Source: a virus
IMG/VR virus record: IMGVR_UViG_3300010371_000036
Location: 8,289-72,288 of that record
Reading direction: 5' to 3' (one strand)
DNA length: 64,000 bases
The notes under the pieces are model-generated. The model did no database searches. It was not told the DNA's origin and saw only the letters and a program-made list of their open reading frames with translations. The position numbers and the translations under genes were made by a program. Below are positions 15,644 to 24,452 of the stretch, piece after piece (position 1 is the stretch's first letter; each line of letters begins with the position of its first letter).

Positions 15644-17335
15644 TCAGAACGGGATGTCGTCCGAGGGGTCGCCCGGGAAGCCGTCGCCGTTGAACGGGTC
15701 AGGGTCCGGAGCGACGGCGGGCGCGGGAGCCGCCGCCGGGGCACCGAACGCGCCCGGGGGCGGGACGAACGGCGCGGGAGCCGGAGCCGCCGGGGGCGCG
15801 AAGGGCGCGGCCGGGGGCGAGAACCCGGGCGGGGGAGCCGCGGGAGCGGGCGCGGCGCCGAGGGAGCTCCGCTTCGGGCGCGCCGGCGGCGGGGGGACCG
15901 GCGCCTGCTCGACGACGTAGACCATCCCGCAGTGCGGGCACTTCGTGTCCGTCGCGAGAAGGACCTTCCCGCACTGATCGCAATCGAACTCCTGGACCGG
16001 CGCCGCCGGCGGGGGAGCGACGAAGACGGGGTTCACCGGCGCCGCGGCCTGCGTGACGGGCGGGTAGACGCCGGAGTACTCCGAGATCGGAGCGACGGCG
16101 GAGGGCGCAAACGCCGCAGGGACCTGGGCGAACGCCGGATTCGGCGGCGGGGGCGCCATGTGCTGCTGCTCGATCCGCGAGTGCTCATCGTACATCGCTC
16201 GCCGCTCCGCCGGCGTGCGCGCCGCCTCGGCCTGCGCCTTCGTCTCCGCGTCCGCCTTCTCGCGCGCCTCGAGCTCGAGCGCCTTCGCGAAGTAGGAGTC
16301 GAGCGGGAGCTTGACGAGCATGTGCTCCTCGAGCCGGGCGCGGAGCTGCTTCAGGTTGAAGCGCTCGGCGAGCTTCGACGCGTCCGGCGGCGTCGAGCGG
16401 AGGAGCTCGTAGACCTGCTGCGTCAGCGGGATCTGCCGCATCGGCATCGCGTCGTAGTACTTCGTCATGTCCCGCTCGCCGGCGACCTTGTTGAACTCGA
16501 GCCGGATGACGTACGGGTGCCGCTGCGGGTCCCCCTTCACGCCCTCGGGGTCGGAAGGGCAGCGCGCCTCCTTGATCGCCTTCGCGATCGCGTCCTGGAC
16601 CTTGCCCGCGAGGCCCTTACCACCGAACATCACCTGGACGCCCGCCTGGACGTCGTCGTTGTCGACGACCGTGAAGACGAACTCTGGCTTGACCCGCGCG
16701 TCCTGCGAGAACGCCGCGTTGTCCCCCTTCTGGTAGACCGGCCCGAGCCACTTCGACGCCGGGAAGAACGGGTCCTGCCCCGCGAGCTGCGCGGCGCGGA
16801 CGTTCGGGTCCCCGCTCTCGGCGCCGGAGAGGTCGACGAGCTTGCAGTGGAGCGGGAGCTTCTCCGGCTTCCACTGGAACATGCCGGTGAACCCGCCCGC
16901 GTGGTAGATCTTCGTCTTCCGCGGGTCGGTCCCCTCGAACTTGAAGATGGGCAGGCGCCAGTCGATCTTCTTCTGGACGATGAGCTCGATCAGGTGCTCC
17001 TGCATGATGCACATCGGGCAGACGCACGGCGGGACCTCGCGCCGGTACGTCACCTTGTCGCGGAAATTCGCCGACTCCTGGACCTCCTCGCTCTCGTAGC
17101 ACCCGAGCTGGTCGCCGTAGACGTCGCGCGTCTTCGCGCCCGTCTCCCGGTCCTCGTTCACGTGGATGCGCGTGAACTGGTGCCGGGCCAGGCCGAGGAT
17201 CGGGGCGCTCGGGTGGAGCCACACGTGCGCGAAGCCGCGCTCCTTCCACTTCTTGTCGAGGTACTTGTTCCGCCCGCCCCCCGTCCCCTGGGTCATGAAC
17301 TGGGCGAGGGTCATCCCCGGTGCTCTGGTCGTCAT
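15644..17335 (-). CDS. putative single-stranded DNA-binding protein with zinc ribbon, Pro/Ala linker and DDIPF tail
   Basis: C-terminal DDIPF is the canonical SSB acidic tip; CDQC/CPHC ribbon; next to recA-like gene. Confidence 0.6.
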   Translation of the reverse strand: MTTRAPGMTLAQFMTQGTGGGRNKYLDKKWKERGFAHVWLHPSAPILGLARHQFTRIHVNEDRETGAKTRDVYGDQLGCYESEEVQESANFRDKVTYRREVPPCVCPMCIMQEHLIELIVQKKIDWRLPIFKFEGTDPRKTKIYHAGGFTGMFQWKPEKLPLHCKLVDLSGAESGDPNVRAAQLAGQDPFFPASKWLGPVYQKGDNAAFSQDARVKPEFVFTVVDNDDVQAGVQVMFGGKGLAGKVQDAIAKAIKEARCPSDPEGVKGDPQRHPYVIRLEFNKVAGERDMTKYYDAMPMRQIPLTQQVYELLRSTPPDASKLAERFNLKQLRARLEEHMLVKLPLDSYFAKALELEAREKADAETKAQAEAARTPAERRAMYDEHSRIEQQHMAPPPPNPAFAQVPAAFAPSAVAPISEYSGVYPPVTQAAAPVNPVFVAPPPAAPVQEFDCDQCGKVLLATDTKCPHCGMVYVVEQAPVPPPPARPKRSSLGAAPAPAAPPPGFSPPAAPFAPPAAPAPAPFVPPPGAFGAPAAAPAPAVAPDPDPFNGDGFPGDPSDDIPF

Positions 17336-17341
17336 TCGCTC

Positions 17342-17716
17342 TTATCCTTTCGTCCGCCGTCCTAGTTGCCGCGCGTTGAGGCTCGCGGCCTCTCCGATGA
17401 GGTAATCGAGCGGCGAGAGCCGCCCCTCCCTCTTCCGGAGCGTCGCCGCCCCGTACGCGGCCGCCATCTTCTCGAACTCTATCACCTGCCGGTCGAGCTC
17501 CCGGAGAAGCCCGTCGACCCGGACCGGGTTCACCCTCGCGCCCCGGAGAGACCTCGAGAACGCGCGGCGCGAGACGACCCCGCGGGCGTGCGCCTTGTCG
17601 TAGTAGAGGCGGGCCGCGGTCTCGTACGCGCCGTCGAGGAACTGCCGGTCCGCCTCCTGCCCGAGGAGCGTCCGCGCAATGTGCTCGCCGTGCCACGCCT
17701 TCGAGATCGTTACCAT
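17342..17716 (-). CDS. hypothetical protein
   Basis: Clean ORF abutting its neighbour. Confidence 0.6.
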   Translation of the reverse strand: MVTISKAWHGEHIARTLLGQEADRQFLDGAYETAARLYYDKAHARGVVSRRAFSRSLRGARVNPVRVDGLLRELDRQVIEFEKMAAAYGAATLRKREGRLSPLDYLIGEAASLNARQLGRRTKG

Positions 17717-19075
17717 CTACTTCCTCATCGTCTCGAGGAGCGTCCGGAGACTCGCCGCCTTCGAGCTCCACTTCGAGACGAGGTCCTCGATAGTCGACTC
17801 GACGCCCTTCAGCTTGTGGCGCGTCATCTCCTGGGCGTGCCACTCGTCGGGGTAGAGCTCGCCCATCCGCGTCGTCACGTCGGCGTCGGTGATCATCTTC
17901 TTCCGGTCACCCGCCTTCTTCTCCACCTCGAGCTCCGCGGACGCCCGCTCGCGCATCACGGCGCGGGTCCGGTCGGCGTCGCGCTCCCAGGCCGCTCTCT
18001 CAAGCTTCGCGCCGAGGAGGAGGAGGTGAGCCCGGCGCCCGCGCTTCTCCGCCTTGTCGAGGTGCTCGCGGATTGTCGCGTAGTCCCCGCGCTGCTCGCC
18101 CACCTCGAGGTTCTCCTCGAGGTCCCGGTAGTCGCGGAACGCGTCGACCGCGTAGACCGTCTCGACGATCCGCTGGTAGTCCGGGGAGATCTTCCCGCCG
18201 GTCGCCGAGGCCCAGAGCGGGGGGTGGCTCGCGGCCACTCGCGGCTCCATGTCGACGAACGACTCCTCCGACGGCTTCTTCACGCCGCGGAGCGGGACCT
18301 CGGCGGGGGGCGTCCACGGGTTCTCGGGCGCGGGGATCTCCGCGAGCGCGCCGGCGATAGCCGTCTCCTGGACTCCCGGCCCGGCGCCGATCTGCCGGCG
18401 GCGCTCGACGTCCCGGATCGCCGCGCCGACGAGCCGCGACTTATCCGGGCAGAGCCCCCCGCAGACCTGGCACCCCTCCTCGTCGGCGCCGTTGACGAGC
18501 GAGCAGTTGTTGATGTCGCCCGACGGCGTCCGCTCGTACCCGAGGCGGGCCTTCGTCGCCGGGAGGGGCTCGCTCCCTGGAGCGATGACCGTCCCATGCT
18601 CCGCCGTCATGACGACCTGCGGAAGCACAACGCTATTCAGGTACGGGAGGAGGAAGTCCGGCGTCGGCTTCGGCGGGTCGGTGTAGTCCTCGAGCCACGC
18701 CCGGGCCTGGAGCCGCTGGACGAGCGGCCACTTCGAGACGTCGGAGATCCCGACGCGGAACCCGGCACTCGCGAGCGCGAAGGCGAGGTCCTTGAACGGC
18801 ATCTCCCCCGCCTCGGTCGGCCCGTCGTACGGGTTCATCGTCTTACGCGTCAGCTCCGCGACGCGGGCCTTCCTCGCCGCCTCCTCCCTCGCCCGATCCT
18901 CCGCCGTCTCGGGCGGCGGGATCTCGAACGCGAACGGGTCGAGCGGCGCGGGGTCGGCGAGGAGGCCGACGGGCGTCATGGGCGCGGCCGCCGGCGCGGG
19001 ATCGGTCGGAGGCGTCGGTTTCGTGAGCGACGCCGCCAGCTCGGCGCCGAGTTCGTTCTTGGGTCGTCTTGCCAT
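17717..19075 (-). CDS. hypothetical protein with C-terminal coiled coil (possibly UvsY-like mediator)
   Basis: Pro-rich N-terminus and helical C-terminal ~140 aa; recombination context. UvsY likeness is only a guess. Confidence 0.55.
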   Translation of the reverse strand: MARRPKNELGAELAASLTKPTPPTDPAPAAAPMTPVGLLADPAPLDPFAFEIPPPETAEDRAREEAARKARVAELTRKTMNPYDGPTEAGEMPFKDLAFALASAGFRVGISDVSKWPLVQRLQARAWLEDYTDPPKPTPDFLLPYLNSVVLPQVVMTAEHGTVIAPGSEPLPATKARLGYERTPSGDINNCSLVNGADEEGCQVCGGLCPDKSRLVGAAIRDVERRRQIGAGPGVQETAIAGALAEIPAPENPWTPPAEVPLRGVKKPSEESFVDMEPRVAASHPPLWASATGGKISPDYQRIVETVYAVDAFRDYRDLEENLEVGEQRGDYATIREHLDKAEKRGRRAHLLLLGAKLERAAWERDADRTRAVMRERASAELEVEKKAGDRKKMITDADVTTRMGELYPDEWHAQEMTRHKLKGVESTIEDLVSKWSSKAASLRTLLETMRK

Positions 19076-19110
19076 GGTCCCTCCGGAGATGCCGCGCCCC
19101 CCGCGACGCG

Positions 19111-19147
19111 AAAAGGCCCGCCTCCCGGGGTGAGCGGGAGGCGGGCC
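19111..19147 (-). terminator. intrinsic terminator
   Basis: Minus strand GGCCCGCCTCCCG-loop-CGGGAGGCGGGCC-TTTT. Confidence 0.75.
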
Positions 19148-19168
19148 GAGTCGGCGGTCACGCGGTCT

Positions 19169-19516
19169 TCAGGGCGTCGCGGGCGACGGCGCGGGAGCCG
19201 GAGGAGCCGGGTTCGCGGCGGGGTCCGCCGGCGTGTTCGCCACGACGGCCGCCGAGAGCGCGGTCGTCTCCGTATCGAGGGCGCTCGAGAGCGCCGTGAG
19301 CTGCGCCGGGTCGCCCGAGGCGATCGCCGCGTCGAGCTTCGCCTTCAGGCCGACGATGAGGAGCCGCGCCGACTCCTGCGCCGTGATCGAGGCCGCAACC
19401 TTCGCCTTGAGTTCGTCGAGTTCGGACATGATTGGTTTTCCCTGTTCGTAGATCTCGTCCAGGCGCAGCAAGATGCGCTCGAGGATCGAGAGTACCTGCT
19501 TCACCAGGATTCGCAT
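19169..19516 (-). CDS. small Ala-rich coiled-coil phage protein (MRILVKQ...)
   Basis: 3' part of a long track ORF; CGCGGCA 11 nt upstream of ATG 19516. Confidence 0.6.
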   Translation of the reverse strand: MRILVKQVLSILERILLRLDEIYEQGKPIMSELDELKAKVAASITAQESARLLIVGLKAKLDAAIASGDPAQLTALSSALDTETTALSAAVVANTPADPAANPAPPAPAPSPATP

Positions 19517-19524
19517 GGCCGAGT

Positions 19525-22410
19525 CTATGCCGCGGGCGTGGAGCCGGCGATCGCGTTCGCGACGGCGCGACGGAGCTCCGGCGAGTCCGCGACCGCGACG
19601 TCGGTCTGGTGCGCCGCGACGACCTCGCCGCCGGGGCCGAGGATCCGGAGCTCGACCCGGCGCGGCCCGGGGTGGGCGAGGAGGACCGCCTTGACCGCCG
19701 GGAGCCTCGCCCGGAGGCTCCCGAGGACCTCGACGAGGAAGGGGCCGTCCGCCGGCGCGGGCGCGGCCTGGGCGACGGGAGGGGCCGCGAAGAGGTCCCC
19801 CTGACCCTCCGGCGCCGGGCGCGCCTTGCCGGACGGAACCCGGGTTCCGTCCGGCGCGAGCTCGAACGCGTTCGGCTTCCGCCGCCGGTCCGCCTTCGGC
19901 CGGACCCGGAGGAACCGGGCCCAGTCCCGGAGCCGGAGCTCCTCGACGCCCAGCCCCGGCTCCGCGGGGAACGCGGCCTCGAGGACGCGCTGGGTCGCCG
20001 GGTAGATCCGCTTCTCCCAGAGGTAGTAGCGGTCGCACTCCCCGGCGTAGTCGACGGCGGGGATCACCCTCATCGGCGAGACGTGCCCGTCGACGACGAC
20101 GTACGGGACCTTGACGCCCTCGACCATCTGCTCGCCCCGCCCCCGGAGGATCTTCGCGACCTGGACGTGCGCCGAGTCGGCGGGCTCCTTGCCGTCCGGC
20201 CGCTGCTTCTTCGCCTTGTCGTACTCGCGGAGGCTCTTCGTCAGGCTCTGGGCGTTCGAGACGTCGTCGACCGGGAGCGGGTCCTCGAGGACGTGGCACC
20301 TCATCGCCTCGATGAGCGGGACGAACGCGGCTGGGTCCTCGGAGCGCTCGAGCATCAGGAGGTCGATCACCTGCTTCTGGAGCCGGCGGGCGATCCGGTT
20401 CGTGTCGCCCCGCCGGTACTCGAGGCCGCGGATCTCCGGCTTGCCGCGCGCCGGCGGGATCGCGTCCCAGACCTTCCCGCAGTCCCGGCAGGTCATCGTC
20501 CGGACGTCGACGCGCCCGGGGCCGACCTTCCCGTCGCGCTCCGCGTCGCAGGAGCACGTCGCCGTCCCCTTGTAGAACGCGTAGACCGCGGCGTAGTTCT
20601 TCTTCGAGACGAGGACGAGCCGCTCGAAGCACTTCTCGTAGGCGAGCTCGATGAAGTTCTGCGCGCAGCCGACGCCCCGGACCGCCTCCGGGTAGAGGTC
20701 GACGTTGCACGACCGGACGAACTCCTCGAGCCCCGCGAACGTGAGCTCCGGCGCCCCGGCGCGCTTCTCGAAGAACGCCGAGTCGGTATCCGAGTAGATG
20801 GCGAACATCCCCCGACCCTCCGACGCGTGGAGCGTCTTCTGGATCAGCCAGACGCCCGTCGTCGAGACGCTCTCGGCGACCCGGACGTCCGAGAACCGGG
20901 AGTGCGGGCTCCCGGCAATCCCGTAGAAGATGTTGACGACGACCTTGTACGCCGCCGAGAGCCGCCCGGCGGCGACCCACTCCGGGCTCCCCGGCGGGAG
21001 CGACGCCTGGAGCTTGGTGAAGTGCTTGCGGCGACCCTTCATCTCGGCGACGGCGCCGGAGAGGAGGCCGACAACGTCCTGCCGGAACCCGACCCCCGTC
21101 GCCGGCGCCCGGGCGCGCCCCGGGGGGACCGGACCGTTCACCGGCACCATCGGGTCGAGCGTCTCGGGGCTCATGTTCCACGTCTGGATGATCGACGGGT
21201 ACATGCCGGAGAAGTCGACGACGTGGACGTTCTTCCGGATCCCCCGGACCTGGGGCTCGAGCACCCAGGCGCCGGCGAACTTCTTCCGGTCCGCGTCCGG
21301 GAAGGACCACGGCCGGTTCGGGAAGCGGATCCCGCGCTCGACGCCGACGCGCAGGAGCCAGCCGTCGACGAACGTGCTCGGCGTCGCCGAGTCGGTGTCC
21401 GAGAAGACGCGGCAGACCTCGCAGACGCTCGCGTTCAGCGCGAGGTAGCCGGTCGCCGCCTCGAGCTTCGGCAGGAGGAGCGCGTCCTTGTCGCAGTACG
21501 CCGCCATGCGCTCGCGCTCCGCGCCGCCCGCCTCCCACGCCTCCCAGGTCTTCCGGGCGTCGAAGTCGTCCTTCCCTTCGCCGAGGACCTCCTGCGCGAC
21601 GAACCCGAGCGAACGGGAGGTCTTCTCGTCGCCGCTCTCCGCCGCCGGCTTGTTCATCCGGTCGTAGACCTCGGCGAAGTCGATCCAGAGCCAGCGCCGC
21701 GGGTCCCGGATCCGCGCCCCGACCCGCTGCGCGCGGAGCGTGACGACCGGGAAGTCGAAGAGGTCCCCGAACCACGCCGCGACCTGGTCGAACCACTCGA
21801 GGGCCTCGAACAGGAGCTCGAGGAGCCGGCGCTCCGCCTCGTCCGTGTCCGCCGAGAGGACGCCGCGCGCGACCGTCATCGGCGCCGCCGCGAAGCGCGG
21901 GTTCGGCCCGGCGGAGAGCCGGCAGCCCCCGTCGACCGCGAGCGACCAGCAGAGGACGCGGGCCTTGCCCTGCCGCGCGACCGCCGGCTGCACGCGGCTG
22001 TCGGTCTCGATGTCGAGGTAGACCCGCCGCGGCGTCCCGACGAGCGCGCCCGTCTCGGAGAAGAAGCGCCGGATCGGATCGATGTCCGCCTCGAAGGTCT
22101 CGATCCCGAGCGAGTGAAAGAACCCGTCCCGCGCGTGCGCCTTCCGCCGCCACTCGTCCGAGGTCCAGCAAATCCGGTAAAACTCCCCCTCCTCGCGCAC
22201 GCCGGCGACGAACTCGCTCGCCTTCAGCTCCCGGAGGAGCTCCGCGGGGACGTCCCGCCGGCGGACGAAGGAGCTCCACTCCGCCGGGACGCGCCGCGCC
22301 ATGCGCTGGTCCCGCGCGTCCCGGTAGAGGAGGAAGAGGTCCCTCCCCTCGACGATACCGTTGAGGAACCGCGGCTGCTCCGCGGCGGACGGAACCCGGG
22401 TTCCGTTCAC
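19525..22410 (-). CDS. family B DNA polymerase with 3'-5' exonuclease
   Basis: ExoI YLDIETD, ExoII FGDLFDF, ExoIII YCDKD, motif A VDFSGMYPSII, B KVVVNIFYG, C YSDTDS, KKNYA, RGLEYRR. Confidence 0.95.
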   Translation of the reverse strand: MNGTRVPSAAEQPRFLNGIVEGRDLFLLYRDARDQRMARRVPAEWSSFVRRRDVPAELLRELKASEFVAGVREEGEFYRICWTSDEWRRKAHARDGFFHSLGIETFEADIDPIRRFFSETGALVGTPRRVYLDIETDSRVQPAVARQGKARVLCWSLAVDGGCRLSAGPNPRFAAAPMTVARGVLSADTDEAERRLLELLFEALEWFDQVAAWFGDLFDFPVVTLRAQRVGARIRDPRRWLWIDFAEVYDRMNKPAAESGDEKTSRSLGFVAQEVLGEGKDDFDARKTWEAWEAGGAERERMAAYCDKDALLLPKLEAATGYLALNASVCEVCRVFSDTDSATPSTFVDGWLLRVGVERGIRFPNRPWSFPDADRKKFAGAWVLEPQVRGIRKNVHVVDFSGMYPSIIQTWNMSPETLDPMVPVNGPVPPGRARAPATGVGFRQDVVGLLSGAVAEMKGRRKHFTKLQASLPPGSPEWVAAGRLSAAYKVVVNIFYGIAGSPHSRFSDVRVAESVSTTGVWLIQKTLHASEGRGMFAIYSDTDSAFFEKRAGAPELTFAGLEEFVRSCNVDLYPEAVRGVGCAQNFIELAYEKCFERLVLVSKKNYAAVYAFYKGTATCSCDAERDGKVGPGRVDVRTMTCRDCGKVWDAIPPARGKPEIRGLEYRRGDTNRIARRLQKQVIDLLMLERSEDPAAFVPLIEAMRCHVLEDPLPVDDVSNAQSLTKSLREYDKAKKQRPDGKEPADSAHVQVAKILRGRGEQMVEGVKVPYVVVDGHVSPMRVIPAVDYAGECDRYYLWEKRIYPATQRVLEAAFPAEPGLGVEELRLRDWARFLRVRPKADRRRKPNAFELAPDGTRVPSGKARPAPEGQGDLFAAPPVAQAAPAPADGPFLVEVLGSLRARLPAVKAVLLAHPGPRRVELRILGPGGEVVAAHQTDVAVADSPELRRAVANAIAGSTPAA
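19831..19852. repeat. 22-bp palindrome copy 3 (in polymerase C-terminal linker)
   Basis: Perfect copy; read as DGTRVPS. Confidence 0.95.
22387..22408. repeat. 22-bp palindrome copy 4 (at polymerase start, 1 mismatch)
   Basis: GGACGGAACCCGGGTTCCGTTC; read as NGTRVPS. Confidence 0.9.
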
Positions 22411-22414
22411 GGAG

Positions 22415-23647
22415 CTACTTCACCGGCTCGACGCGCCGGACCTCGACGACCCCCTCGATGACGCCCTCCGCGTTCTTCCGGAGCGTCAGGAGGACCTCGG
22501 CGTCGTTCCCCGCGATCGGGAGGCGCGCCCACGGCGTCTCCGAGAACGTCTTCGCCTTCTTCGTCGGCTCCTCCCCCTTCTTCGCCGGCTTGTCGAAGAA
22601 CGTCACCTTGTGCTTCCCCTCGACGAGGGCGAGCGTCACCTTCCCGGTCGTCTTCGGTTCGGGGCGCGGCGCCTTCGCCTTCGGCCCCGGCGGTCGACGC
22701 TCGCCCTCGCCGGGCTTGCGCCCCATGGCCTCGCGCTCGATCTCCCGGCGCGACGCGTTCCGGTTGATCATCTCCTGGACCTTCGGCCGCGCCTCCGGCG
22801 TCGCCTCGACGAGGAGCCGGAGCTTGGTCGTCGGGACCGCGAGGAAGGTCGCCTCGTCGAACTGGGCGTACATCTTCAGGAGGCTCCGCGCGTAGTTCGC
22901 GCTCATCCCGAGCTCGATCGCGGCGAAGGTCTCGAAGTTGCGGTAAGCGGCGCGCTCCTTCTTATCGAGCCGGGTCTTCCAGACGCCGGAGACCTCCCCC
23001 TCCGAGAGCTTCTTCGCGAGCATGTAGCCGGAGACGTTCGTCACGCTCTGGAGGCGCTTCACCTCCCAGACGAACTTGTCGATCGGCGAGAGCCCCTCCG
23101 GGACGACCTCCCCCGCCACCGGGAAGGCGAGGACGGGGGCGCCGGGAGTCTCCTTCACCTTCTCGCGCTTCGAGCCCTTGCCGCTCACCTGCGTCAGCTT
23201 CTGGTCCGGGACCGGACTCGGGGGCGGCGGGGCGGCCTCCGGCTCCGGGATGACGACGGGCTCCGGCGGAGCCGCCTCAGCCTCGGCCTCAGCCTGGAGG
23301 GCGCTCTCGATCGCGTCCGCCTCCGCGTTCCGCGCCGGCGTGTCCCCTATGTCGTCCCCCTCGCCGACGCCGCAGAACGGGCAGACCTCGAGGTCGGAGG
23401 TCGAGTCGGCGCCGCAGTTATCGCAGCCGACGATCTTCACGCCGCCGGGGCGCTCCTCCTTCGGCTTGTCGGCGATCGCCTTGAAGTGCTTCACCAGCGC
23501 CTCGACGCGCTTCTTCAGCGAGTCGGAGCCGCCGACCTTGACCTTCGCCACCTCGAGCGTGTTCGAGACCGCCGCCGCGTCGATCTTCGACGCGGGGATC
23601 CCGCAGATGAGGTCGACCTTCGCCACCGTCGCCGCGTTCTTCGCCAT
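22415..23647 (-). CDS. hypothetical protein with zinc ribbon and probable HTH
   Basis: CDNC/CPFC; YRNFETFAAIELGMSANYARSL. Confidence 0.65.
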   Translation of the reverse strand: MAKNAATVAKVDLICGIPASKIDAAAVSNTLEVAKVKVGGSDSLKKRVEALVKHFKAIADKPKEERPGGVKIVGCDNCGADSTSDLEVCPFCGVGEGDDIGDTPARNAEADAIESALQAEAEAEAAPPEPVVIPEPEAAPPPPSPVPDQKLTQVSGKGSKREKVKETPGAPVLAFPVAGEVVPEGLSPIDKFVWEVKRLQSVTNVSGYMLAKKLSEGEVSGVWKTRLDKKERAAYRNFETFAAIELGMSANYARSLLKMYAQFDEATFLAVPTTKLRLLVEATPEARPKVQEMINRNASRREIEREAMGRKPGEGERRPPGPKAKAPRPEPKTTGKVTLALVEGKHKVTFFDKPAKKGEEPTKKAKTFSETPWARLPIAGNDAEVLLTLRKNAEGVIEGVVEVRRVEPVK

Positions 23648-23674
23648 GTGCTCTTCCTTCTCTTTCCGAGCGGA

Positions 23675-24337
23675 CTATGCCGCGCTCACGAATGACTGCA
23701 CGACCTCGTCCACCCTGGACCGGGCCTGCGCCAGGTTCTTCACGCCGAACATCGTCCGGAGCGTGAAGCTACCGCAGATCGTGTCCGCGACGGCGTCCGT
23801 GTCTCCCTCGAAGCTGCGGAGCCCCTGGATGACGATCGACTCCTCGCGCGTCTCCGACTCCTCCTCGGCGTAATCGTAGAACTCCGAGAGAGCGAAGTCC
23901 GACTCCTGCGCAGGCTGCGTCGGAGCGAAGTCGCACGGGTCGATCTCCGCGCCGTCTTCCCCCGAGGGCCGCGCGAAGCGCGAGAACGTCACCTCGGGCC
24001 GGCTGGGGCGCTTGCAGGGGTTGCCGTGCACGCCAGCGCCGCGAACCCGGTGAATCTCCCGCGTCGTCCGGTTGACCGCGTTCGGCACAATGTACCGCGT
24101 CGGCGGGACACCGTAGCTCGGGTCCCAGAGCTTCGAGTGGTGCACGACGAGGAGGAGGAACTCCTGCTCGACGTCCTCCCGCCCGGCGCTCGTCCCGAGC
24201 TTCTTCCGCCAGCGGCGGTAGATCCCCCCGGCGATCCGGTTCCAGTACGGCGCCGTCCTCCGGATGTACTCGTTCTCGCTCATCGCCCCCGCGTGGAGGG
24301 CCCGCACGCAACCGTCGACATCGTCCCGCGTCATCAT
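23675..24337 (-). CDS. phage sigma70-family factor (region-2-like)
   Basis: REDVEQEFLLLV...WDPSYGVPPTRYI resembles region 2 (EDLxQE...FDPxxG..FxTYA). No clear region-4 HTH. Confidence 0.6.
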   Translation of the reverse strand: MMTRDDVDGCVRALHAGAMSENEYIRRTAPYWNRIAGGIYRRWRKKLGTSAGREDVEQEFLLLVVHHSKLWDPSYGVPPTRYIVPNAVNRTTREIHRVRGAGVHGNPCKRPSRPEVTFSRFARPSGEDGAEIDPCDFAPTQPAQESDFALSEFYDYAEEESETREESIVIQGLRSFEGDTDAVADTICGSFTLRTMFGVKNLAQARSRVDEVVQSFVSAA

Positions 24338-24402
24338 CGGCTTTTCACTCCCGCCCCCGCGCAGGGGGCCTTCCCGAACCCGTACCCGTCTTGATAGAGA
24401 CT

Positions 24403-24446
24403 CCCCCCGGGTTCGCCGCCTCGGGGAGAGGGGCGAACCCGGGGGG
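24403..24446. terminator. GC hairpin downstream of UvrD-like gene
   Basis: CCCCCCGGGTTCGCC...GGCGAACCCGGGGGG inverted repeat; no clear U tract. Confidence 0.45.
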
Positions 24447-24452
24447 CCAACG

